Source: Catajapyx aquilonaris (lineage: Eukaryota). From it: a DNA stretch of 52,377 bases. Every line of letters begins with the position of its first letter. Within the stretch, counting starts at the first letter, position 1. A program made the position numbers and the translations under genes. Location of the stretch: contig JYFJ02000723.1 of assembly GCA_000934665.2 (NCBI GenBank), positions 62,001 through 114,377 on the forward strand. Reading direction: 5' to 3'. Shown piece by piece: positions 1-10,866 of the stretch. The notes beneath the pieces were generated by a model, which did not search any database, was not told where the DNA came from, and saw nothing but the letters and a program-made list of their open reading frames with translations.

Positions 1-9
1 TACCAGATA

Positions 10-378
10 CAGCCAGTCCCCAACTTACATACTGTAGCATTATAAATAAGTCGAATTAATGTAACTTGCAACGTGTTTTTCCTCACACATCAATACTAAA
101 GTCACTTCCCTATTCAATTGAGGCCGTTGCAGTGGGAATTGGTTCCTCGAAATGCCCAAAAGCGGGTCGCAAATGTCTGTCATATGTAAACTGAGTTAAG
201 AAATGAGTATGTGGGAAGAATCACGTTTCCAAATGCTGCAATTTAACTTGCAATTATTGACATTTCACTTTACCACTTATTCCGTAAATTTTATTACACG
301 TTGAACATCGTTTGTGCATGTCGATAAATTTTAAATGCAAGTACATAAGTTGGAACTATTCAAGTTGGGGACTTGATG
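10..378. mobile_element. Tc1/mariner-superfamily (pogo/Tigger-like) MITE
   Basis: Imperfect terminal inverted repeats TA|CAGCCAGTCCCCAACTTA (8-27) and CAAGTTGGGGACTTGATG|TA (361-380), with TA on both flanks; non-coding interior. Confidence 0.6.
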
Positions 379-678
379 TATCACTATAAGAGATCACTCA
401 TTGTATGTGACTAACTGAAAATGATTTTTAAAAATTTACTGCTTGGTATGATTTTGTTGTACCAAAATATGGCTGCATTACATAACCCCTGAGTCAATAT
501 GACTTTATGTCCTCATTTTTTATTTATTCACTATGTCACCACCACCATCATCTTTAACAATAACAATAACGAACAACAATTCTTCAAATTGTGATGGAAC
601 TTTGAAAAGGAAATTGCCAAGTATGTGGATGAAATCAATAGTACCCTTTCTACTACGTTTGTGACTTGACTTGTGACA

Positions 679-1427
679 TACGAGGTAGGTGTGAAAAGCT
701 TTGCCTACTATGCGATGTATAATTTCAATAACACACAAGATGCACACATAAACTGACTGTATGATGAATGCTTGGAATGTCCTCTATCAGGTGGTTTCAC
801 TACTTTTCCATGAAGTCACCATCCATATAGTCACACGCATGCGCCAAAGTTGGACCTGTTGTTGCATCTCGTCAGAGAAAGAAATCAGGGGTCTTCTCCT
901 GGCACCAGCCATGCACATTTGGTTGCACCTTCGCATCACTGGTGCAATGGTGTACCTTCAGGTGTTCTTTCAGCTGTGTTAAAAGGAAAAAAATCGCAAG
1001 GTGAGAGATACGGTCTGTATGGATCTGATCCTGCAATGCATCCTGCATTTGTCGAATCATGTGTAGATGAGCCTCGTCATGGTGGAAGATTGCCATACAG
1101 TCCGGATCTCTCGCCTTGCGACTTTTTCCTTTTCACGAAGCTGAAAAAACACCTCAAGGGTCACCATTACACCAGTGATTCGGAGGTGCAACCAAATGTG
1201 CATCACTGGTGCCAGGAGGATCCCTTAGTTCTTCTCCTGCAGGATGCGACAAATGGTCTGGCGTTGGTGTATGCTTGTGGATAGGGATGGTGACTGTGGA
1301 AAACCAATGAAACCCTCCGGTAGAAGACATTACAAACTTTCACCAGATATACAGTTTGTGTGTGCATCTTGCGTATTATTGAAATTATCGCATAGGAGAT
1401 AAAACTTTTCAAACTGACCTCCTAGTA
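679..1427. mobile_element. Palindromic (fold-back) non-autonomous mariner derivative made of two inverted 3' ends
   Basis: The + strand from ~1092 encodes the mariner motif PYSPDLSPCDFFLFTKLKKHLKGHHYTSDSEVQ. The - strand left of ~1022 encodes the same segment (FFLLTQLKEHLKVHHCTSDAKVQPNVH). Ends TACGAGGTAGGTGTGAAAAG and CTTTTCAAACTGACCTCCTAGTA are mariner-like TIRs flanked by TA. Confidence 0.85.
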
Positions 1428-2705
1428 TCACATTCCAATGTAAAAACACTGTTCACATACACTAATCAGAAACAATTCCCTATGATTATTGCCGGCATTG
1501 TGTTTGTTATAGGCCTCCTACAGCTCAAGAATTTTTTACCTTGGGAGGTGTAAGTCATAACATGAGATGGATAGCTTTATCCATCTCACGTGCTCCTATT
1601 AATTATCGTCAGACAATAGGTGGGTTGCTACATTGTGTCCCACGGGCCTAGGTGCTTCCGTAATAGGGAATTGGGCTTCCCTTCTCAGAAGCCTCCCAAT
1701 TTCCTTAAAACAATCACCAAGACTTGTTTCAATCATAATCATGGCAGCTAACAGTAAGCAGAGACTGAAAAGTGGCACAATTTTCATTGCGTGATGTGTG
1801 ACAAAAATTACACAACAATATTCCCCTTTATGCATCACAGGATCTGCCAATATACCTCATGCTTATATAGGAATTAGATATTTCTTAGACAAATGCAAGT
1901 CACTAGAAGGCACTACATGATGAGTGGAAGTGGTTGAAGAAAATCACTATAAACAATCCTGTCAACTGGGTAAGATTTTTATGGATCCATACACTGCAGG
2001 TCGCACCATTTCACACAGCTTATTCATCGATTCGCTGAAAGATCATTAATCAACTTCAATATTAATATTGATCAATACAGTTTCACAACATGGACTAACA
2101 ATGGCCTACGCTTAATGTGCCATGTGGAAAAATTTGCCTCGTTAGGATGTTCCACATTTTTGCAGCATGCCAGTTGGAAATGTTTCCAAGATGTGGCCAC
2201 TGCATGCCACACAAGAAACCAGCTTCCATTGGCATGTTTCAGTACTTGATAAAATTATTTCACGCCATTATGGTCTTAACCAAATTCACTATTATATTAA
2301 TCACACTTTGTTTATCAAATATAGAAAATTAGGTTAGTTGTCAAAATGTGACAACTGACTGAAGGCTTTAAAAAGGCACCAAGAACAAAAAGGGTGGGAA
2401 AATAAACCAGCATTTTGCATGCCACTTGGGTACCTTGTTATTCCCAAAAATGGAGGTAAAATACTAAGAATGCCCCACCAAATTAGGAAACGTAGCCAAT
2501 GCGCACAAAATTAGAAAGACTTCTACGAAAAAAAACCAAGGGACTTGTGTATTTGTGAAAATGAAACCGTGCATGTCTAATGAAAGGAAGAAAAAACTAC
2601 TATGGTCCCCCAAATCTACCAAACCAATAGTGAAGACAAGGTGTCATTGAAATTTCCAGCTCAATTTTGCATCATTTTTTTCTCTCTTTTTAAATCCTCT
2701 TCTAC

Positions 2706-2891
2706 CTGAATGGTTGGGGCTTGAGGGATGGTGACATGCACAATGCTGACCCCTGTGCTGGTAGTTGGGGATTGTACCGAGGTTGACGGTGAATGCGACC
2801 CTGGGTCATTTGGAGAGGTGGCCAGGGGATCCGTTGCTGTGGACAATGATGCCTGGTTGCTCCCACTCTCCTCCACCATTGTCTCCATCAT
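2706..2891 (-). CDS. CrebB: First coding exon of a probable CREB/CREM-family bZIP transcription factor (CrebB-like); gene continues beyond the window start
   Basis: Exon 2904-2706 has a good acceptor (ttttttttggccctccgtttag) and a phase-0 donor CAG|GTAGAA. The 62 aa MMETMVEESG...TDPLATS...GVSIVHVTIPQAPTIQ resemble the insect CREB N-terminus (MESMVEENG..VDPL) and the vertebrate CREB Q1 segment (VTLVQLP..QTVQ). KID and bZIP domains are not in the window. Confidence 0.65.
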
Positions 2892-4536
2892 CCAGCGGAC
2901 ACCACTAAACGGAGGGCCAAAAAAAATATCTTAGTTTCTTCATGCCATATGCTGAGTACTAAGGGTGAAGCATTTCTCCACACTTGAAAACATCATGTCC
3001 AACATTCCTATGTTAAATTGCACTTCAAAGTACTGTGACTCAAAAGTGAAAATCCAAGCTACAAAATATCCTCATTACTATTTCAAAACACACATTTTCC
3101 ATCTTGTTTCATTTTGTTCTTCTCAATCATTCGATGACCTGATACAGATGCTTTATCCCATAAGTTGAAGTACTTCATTTGCATTTCAAATTAGTCATTA
3201 TTACTTCAGAAGTCTCACATTCATTCTGTGACATCTTGGCACATTACATGCAAAACTCTGCCACTTTTCTGCCACAACAGCACTCTATTTTGCGAGCACT
3301 ATCTTCAAAGAGCGCTTGATGTCCTACGGAATTATCACAGCTGATGGGGATTGTCAAGCAAAATTTTTACTTGACAGCAATCAACAATATTTCCACATGT
3401 GGCATTTCAGGAGCAACCAATAAGTATCAAACAAGAATGCAGGTATTGCAGGTATTGCAGCAGTTCATATCCATGGTACAGGTACAACTTTTATATTTGT
3501 ATTTACTTACAGTATTTTTTCTGTCAAGGATGTACATTTGCATAATTTTTTCGCTACACTACTGCCACATCCAGCATACATTTATACTGCCAAGAGGTCA
3601 GTGCTGTCCAATAGCTAAATTGCTAAACAATGCCTGAAACTGTAAGAGCAAGACTTCAAATGCAGCTGTGGTACTGTATGAATGTAACATTTATTTTTAA
3701 AGCGCCCCATTCTTTCATTATCATCCCTGTCGCAAGTGCACAAAATTATCACCTGCCCTTCATAAAAATCTAATTATAGTCAGTAAGAAATGATTTTGCA
3801 AAAACCCACATCAATGCCACCCATGTCATTTTTGGGGTCTTGATTTCATTTATCCATCTCTACGTACAGATATAGATAAATGGAGATCAAGATGGAGATG
3901 CTTTTGGCCCAACCATAATTTCGACCACCATGTGACTGCTGTACTGTCACCAGTGTCAATCCCCCGACAACGTGGTGTCCGTGCCACAGGGCCTGCCAAC
4001 CTCAGAAAAAAAATCACTCCCGGTTTAAAAATACGAACCCTCCTGGCCCCGCGCCAGACCAGTCCATTCGCCCTGTGTACCCTCCCCACACTGCTACCAA
4101 ATCCTTCCCTACAACATTTTTTCCCCCCTGCCCATGTCCTTCTCTATCCCCTGCTCTATCCCCGGTTGTGCTGCCCGTGAATTCACCTGCCCTCGCTCCC
4201 ATCTAGCCGGTGGGTCCGGCCCATGGTTGCGCAACACCCGTCCGCCCCTGGAGTGCAATAGGCCAGAGGGCCAGCCCGGGTGTGTGTTGCGGGCCATGCC
4301 AGGCGGGGAGAGGCAGGCCCAACCACCACTTTTCAGACTTACCCCGGGGTTGGTTACGTATTTCTCGTCACAGGCAACGCCGCGATGGGAGTGGACCAGC
4401 GGCCCAGTACGTAGCTAACACGTCAAATTCCGCTTCCTTCGTCACCGAGACCGACTCTTCACCCCCCACCCACCCACCCAACAAAACCGCCCCCTCCACA
4501 CACCAACCATCCCCCCCCTGGCCTTCACTTGCATAC

Positions 4537-4750
4537 GACTAAACCAGGGTTGGACACTCCCCGCCATCTTGAATCCACACATTGCTTGTACCACGCCGTG
4601 TGACGTTGTGGATATTACATGGCCGCCTGTCCTGCGTGGCCATACTGCGTCTACGTGTTGAATTCTGATTGGTCGGGTTGCTCTTTCCCGCCTTGGTGCT
4701 GATTGGCTCACGGGTGGATCAGGGGCGGACGTCATTGGTTGGGGCTTACG
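4537..4750 (-). promoter_or_regulatory. Putative CREB promoter and first (5' UTR) exon
   Basis: YY1 motif AAGATGGCGG on - (4561-4570), donor AGTC|GTATGC at 4537/4536, three ATTGG (CCAAT) boxes between ~4668 and ~4738, GC box GGGGCGG at ~4722 next to a CRE half-site; CpG-rich. Confidence 0.55.
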
Positions 4751-4812
4751 TAGTGCGGTGTTGCCACGTCGGGTGGTGTACAGGGTGTGCGTGGGTGAGG
4801 CTTGTTTTGTGA

Positions 4813-6394
4813 TGACGTCAACCGAGGAAAATATATAGAGGGAATTGTGCATTCTGATTATTTCGAGGGGAGCGCTCGTATCATTTCAACCGAGTGCAAA
4901 GTTACGAGTTGTTAAAAATAGGCGCTGGTTATTATAACGCACGGGGCACGGCCGATGAATGGAAGCACCTGCTATGCGTTGCAAATGACAATGATTATAT
5001 ATGGATTAAAGCGTACCTTATTGCAATGTTTGGTGCACTGTACAGTGCATGTAACCAGTTGCATAACGTGTACGTTTGTTTCCGTACAAAGCAAAATAAT
5101 ATTTCAGAGGGTGTAAAAAACGGGGACAGGAAAAACTTGTTTATTTGCGCCTCTTACGTAGAAAAAGACTCGAACAAGCTGACCTCGACCTCCGGATGAC
5201 GTCACACACGACGTCGACGTTGCCGCGTCATTTTTCCAGCGATTTTGAGGGCGATAAAAACGTTTTTCTCGTCACGTAACTTTTCGTCATGCTCTCCCGA
5301 TGCGTAATATTATATTACGAAAATGGTAACCGGCGCGGCGCGGCGCACACTTTTGTAGGACCCGCGTAGTAAGACTTCCAAATTGATTTCCGTCCTGTTT
5401 TGATAGCTGCAACTTCCTACTCGGTTTTTCATCTCTCCTGAGGCCATGCAGAAGATTACGGCGGTAACTGCGGTACAGATGACTAATATTTCAGGATGTA
5501 ATATTTCATATTACATGTTACTCAAAGTCAGCCCTCTAAAATGAAGAGGCCAAGTTATTCACCGGAACTGAACATACTTCATTAGTGGTGATATACTGTA
5601 GTATTTCTATTTTCCGCTATGGCCGGACTTCGAACGTTCTAGATATATGTTCATTGAGTGTATAATATTAATCGGCCAATCAGGATTATCCGTCATACGC
5701 AGCAGACTGCCAATATTGTCTCGATTATAAAATGTCCTTCAACTGTGCACGTATGAAGTAAACATATGACGTCACTTACAACCGGGTGTTGACATGATTA
5801 TACTCTCCAGAGGATTACTCCTCACCGTGGGTGTTATGAGGCGAAGAGGTTATTACTCCAAGGTAAATGGTAAATCACGCAGACAATATAATTGATGTAT
5901 ATACATTGCATATTTCAAAGAGTGCAGTTCTAACTCCTTATGCCCAGAACTACGGACAAAACATAATGCGACATTATGCAACCGGCTTATATTACAAATT
6001 TTCCAAATTCAAAATGACATGCCATACAAATACAACAATGATGACGTCATTTCTCCAAAATATTGTTCGTGACACGTTCGTGAATACCCCGATGAGTAAT
6101 CCAGGAAATACACGTACTGCTCTGAGCATATCCCGACATCCTTGCCGACATACGGGTATAATCCATGTGTATACTTTGCCTGGGCCGGCATGTGCTACAC
6201 ATTCGACACTTAATTAATTTTCCCGTCATTGTCGACGCAGCCTTGCTGTCATATGACGTCATCGATGTCGTCCCGAGGCAGTGAAAAAAAGCGAGAGGGG
6301 GGCGTCCTTAAAAAAAAAAAGAGCGGGCCAAAAATCCATTTTCGCTACGTGTGTGACGAGCAACAGGTACAGATGATAAAGCTGGGTGACGTCA
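4813..6394. promoter_or_regulatory. Cluster of six perfect palindromic cAMP-response elements (TGACGTCA)
   Basis: TGACGTCA at 4813-4820, 5197-5204, 5767-5774, 6042-6049, 6254-6261 and 6387-6394, plus several TGACG/CGTCA half-sites, between the divergent CREB-like and ORMDL genes. Confidence 0.75.
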
Positions 6395-7062
6395 CCTTCC
6401 CCCCTCTATTGCGAATAAGCCCTTCATGTCTTTAAAAATACACAGTACTAATAATGTACTTCATGTGAGCAAGCGACCTCGCAGCACACACTGGCTCACC
6501 CTGAACCCGCCCAAAAAAGCCTTTCTCCGCAGCTCTAAAAAATATCTTACAGGCAAGAAATAAAGTAGTATGGCAACACAGCCTTACGCCGCTTCCATCT
6601 GGATTAGTCATCGATGTGCGTCAGCAACCACCCCCCTCCCTGCCACCCCCTACTTCAACCCCCAAAAAAATGCAATGGGGAGTTGGGAGGTCGGGAGGGG
6701 GTGGGTCGCAAAAAATAGCAGCAAACAGCATCTGCTTCATGTCCGACAAGCATGGCCGTACACCGTACTGGATCATACCGGTACCTGCCAGTACCGGTAC
6801 GACGGCTCGGGTACGCCGTTCATTCACGGCTAGTGACATGCAATGCAGCGCCATTTGACGGCCGAATTTGAAACTACTAGTCTGGGATGCATGCTCCAAG
6901 CGCCATCTATGAACGGGGATGCCGCACTAGCCAGCCAGTGCACAATTTTACAGTATCAAGGAAGTACGGAGCAGCACAGGGCAGGGCAGTACCACCTGCA
7001 CATCGGTGGTATGGTCGTGCGGCAGTGGCTGGTGAGGCCGTGAGGGAACGAGACGGACGAAG

Positions 7063-10000
7063 ATGATGATCGTGGGAGGACACGGGGAGGTGAACCCGAA
7101 CACGTCCTGGCTCAACAGCCGGGGAGTGTGGCTCACCTACTCCCTCCTGCTCCTCTTCCTGCACCTGGTCCTGCTCAGCATACCCTTCTTCTCGGTGCCA
7201 GTGGCCTGGACACTCACTAACGTCATACACAACCTGGTCAGTATGGGCAAGGTATGGGCAAGGAAAAGCGCAGGTCATGAGCAGGTGCAGGGGACGTGTA
7301 CATGGTCCACTTCGGTTGCGGTATTGCCAACCGTCTGCTGTTGGCACCTACTGATATGGCAATACATCCAGTTGTTGTCATGGGGAAAAGAAGATAGATC
7401 AGTAACAATACAATTTTTGGTGTACTTATGCATATTCATGTGACATTCACAAAACATCAGCAATGATCACTATGGACATTCATTAATGTTCATTGAACAT
7501 TAGCGTGCTGATTGTGATAGATTATTGGATGCTAAACAACAAAATGCAGAGTACAACAGTCAAAAACATCAATATGTGAAGAACACTCTCTTTACAACAT
7601 TTTTTAAAAGTTAATGAAATATTATAGAAGTTGCCTGGATATTGCAATAGATTATGACTTGGCCTTTTTTAAAAAAAAGAGTGATGGAGGTTTTACTGCA
7701 AACTGGCTGTGGTGGTGGTTATGTATCATGCTTATTGCGCAGTGTAACCTTGAACCCATTTTTCTTCTGACAGCGAAAAGTAGAGGTGTAGGGCAATTAA
7801 ATGCCATGTGTGCCATTTGAAAGTTTAAAAAAATTCAATGTGCAGGATGGGAGTAGTGCCAGTGTGTTGCTTCATTAATTTAAATATGTTGTCATAGGTT
7901 TATGCAAAATGCCCTGATTGTCACCTCTCCGCATTTTGCATGTGTTTGCATAAATGTAGGTTATGGCTTGCAGTTGCAGGGCAGTGAAGTTGTTTTTGGG
8001 AACATAGACCCAAACTGCTGATCAACAACAGCTGTTGTTGATGGACAGTGATGAATCAGTATGAGCCACAAGCTCTGGCTGAACCAGACTTATTGACAAT
8101 AACAAAACTGAATGTTATGACCTTGAAGTATCTGATTCAGATATTTACAGAAAATAGTTCAAGGCCATTTCATGTACATGATATTATGTCTGTATTGGGT
8201 CATGGTAGGAATTATCTGCCCTGATGGTAATGGAATTTGATAAATCATTCCTTTTTTTTCATTCATTCATTTCATGATGTATTATCCCAGATGGGGTAGC
8301 CAGGGATGACCAAGTGAACACAACACATTGCCATCTCTAATTAATCAATCAGTTGATTAATTAGATAAATGGGGGGAAAGGTCAGTTGCTGCACTTATTG
8401 GGTGCTGCACTACTGCTTCTCACGTGACTATGCCACTCACTCAGTTATTGCCAATTCCCAAAGCTAGTAGTTGCCCAGAAATATTGCAGCACGCCAAACT
8501 ACAAGGTTATCTACGGAGGTACTATGATCAATAGCCAGTGCCATGTACACAGTTTGTACCTTAAACTTATACCAATTCATATTTCTCAAGCCAGATGTGT
8601 AACTGTAAGCATACTTGATCATAATTATATCAAGGCATGAAATGAGAAATACTGAATAACAAAATAAAATATTACAGTCTGCACATGCATGAAGAGACTT
8701 TTACTGGTATCCCAGACGATGTAATCTTGCTATAATGTGCGGTAGTGGTGGTCCATTGTCATGTGCCTATATTTAGAAAGTCATCTAGGTTGGTCAAAAC
8801 TGGAAGGTTTTTAACATTCTGGCACATTACACTCATTAATAATAATCTACCCCTATACTTTTTATAAGCCTCATAACTGGTAAATGGACCTGCTTTGTGG
8901 AAATCCATATATGTGAGAGAGGAATCACCAGTATCTGAATTTGCCTTTTTCAGGGTAACTTTGTGTTGTTGCACATGCTGAAAGGTGCCCCTTGGGAGCC
9001 ACAGGATCAAGGAGAAGCAAGGAAGCTGACGCACTGGGAGCAGATTGACTATGGGACGCAGTTTACTGCTACCAGGAAGTTTCTTACCGTGGTACCCGTA
9101 TGCCTGTTAGTACCAACACTACCTACTCTCTATTATTTTAAATTTGACTAATGCAAATTGAAGACATTGATCAGGTGTGTTAGCTGATTATATGTCTTTG
9201 ACAATATGCTAACTGTTACTTCTCTCATTTACATCACTGGGCACTTTTCGAACCAGAAAAATTATTGCCAGTGAAAGAAAATCTGTGATCTACAGATTCC
9301 CACTCTTACTGATAGTAAGATTTTGCCCACTGGCATTTCATATATGCCAGAAATATAGAGTAGTCTCAATATGGAGTCGGAATTAAATACAAGAAAATCC
9401 TGCTAATTCTAAAGTTAGGAGCCGAGGTGGCACCAGTGAAGAATCTCACATTTTGCATAGAACAGAAGGGTAGCATATTTAAAATCCACAATATATGGAA
9501 GCATATTGATTTATCCCTAACAAACAAAACACCTGCAGGAGTTTTCGGGAAAATACATATGTGCTCATGTATTCAGCAGAACTCCATAAACAGCGGTAAA
9601 TAATGATTGTGTTTGAGTATTATTGAAGCTCTAATAATTAAGATTCTATCGGCATCAATAAAATCAGGAATAATGGTCCTTACATACTGGTAAATGTTGT
9701 GGATATGTAAATAATTTCATGGCAATGTATAATCGTGTGACTCCGAGTCATGCTCATGCAGGTATTCACAGGCAGATGGTAGTGGATCGACTCAATGCAT
9801 GCTGTGCACATACAACAATCACCAAGAGACAGGATATTTACGATGAATACCATGTGCCCTCTGGAACTGCAGGTTTCACATCTGCAGATTTAACCAACTG
9901 TTGATTTAAAATGGTCAGAGGAAAGAGACACGACTTTCCAAAGAGCAAAAATTGCATTTGCCAGATGCTGAGAAGTCAATACAGGAAAAGAGTCGGGGAA

Positions 10001-10243
10001 TTTTCAAGAAATGTTAGCCTTTTATTTGCAGTGGTTTCAGCCTAGATAGTTGGATATTTGAAATTGAAGGCTTTCCAATGTCCTAAAACCAACCTTTTCG
10101 CTTGCAGGTTCTTCCTGACGAGTTTTTACACCAAGTATGACAACCTCCACTTCTGGATCAACTTTGCTACTATGGCTCTGGTCCTCCTGCCCAAGTTGCC
10201 TCAGTTCCATCGGGTCCGGCTCTTTGGCATCAACAAGTATTGA
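7063..10243 (+). CDS. ORMDL: ORM1-like protein (ORMDL), regulator of serine palmitoyltransferase, 153 aa
   Basis: Exons 7063-7236, 8954-9105 and 10108-10243 (GT-AG, 462 nt total). Motifs [46 protein letters not shown] and [17 protein letters not shown] match the ORMDL family. Confidence 0.97.
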
Positions 10244-10866
10244 CGGCTTACAAAAGCCAAATTGTAACATAAATCATATAGTGTAAAAAAAATTAAAGCA
10301 AAAAAAAAAAGAAACAGAAAAAAACAGGGAGTATGACAGAGATGTGACCGTGTTTTCAGGTTCATTTTTGTGGTATTTTTTCATAAGAAAACAAGAAATA
10401 TTTTCTATGGTGCTAGGATCCCCAATTCTTTTGACTTCCCCTCAACCTGAATGGGTAGAGTTGTGTCACATTTTTTAGTGTACAAAACAGATTTACAGCT
10501 GACAACTTGAGTTTTGTATGCATGCAGATTTGCTTCTGGGACGAAATACTGGGATTTATTTTCATGAGTGTTTAGACTTTGAAAAGTGTACAATATAGGT
10601 GTGTAACTCACCTGTCTGTGTGCCTCATTGCTATTGTTCGTAATAAACGTACTTCATGTGGGACTTGGAGGAAACACATCTTTTAATTCACCAGCTATGC
10701 TACATCACAGTCTGCCTCCACCTACCCCCCCTCCCCACCCCTTAATTTCATCCCTTTTTGTACGGTGCAAAACAATTGCACACTTTGACAGTGCTACGAA
10801 TGCACTTATAAATTAATACACATGGTTTTACCTGTGCCAGATTTTGGTCTTCTGTTGTTCATTGCT

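Noticed and set aside
850..1284. 144-aa ORF with a mariner YSPDL motif as a functional transposase
   Set aside because: Only the last catalytic segment is present; the N-terminal half is the antisense reading of the inverted arm, with no HTH or first two Asp motifs.
1561..1600. Hairpin TGAGATGGATA-gctt-TATCCATCTCA as a Helitron 3' end
   Set aside because: No CTRR terminus at the expected distance and no identifiable 5' end.
3850..4852. Overlapping ORFs in the GC-rich block
   Set aside because: Explained by the CpG-rich promoter and first intron of the CREB-like gene; no protein homology recognised.
8336..8365. 13-bp AT-rich perfect hairpin in ORMDL intron 1
   Set aside because: Too short and AT-rich for a pre-miRNA or other supported ncRNA call.
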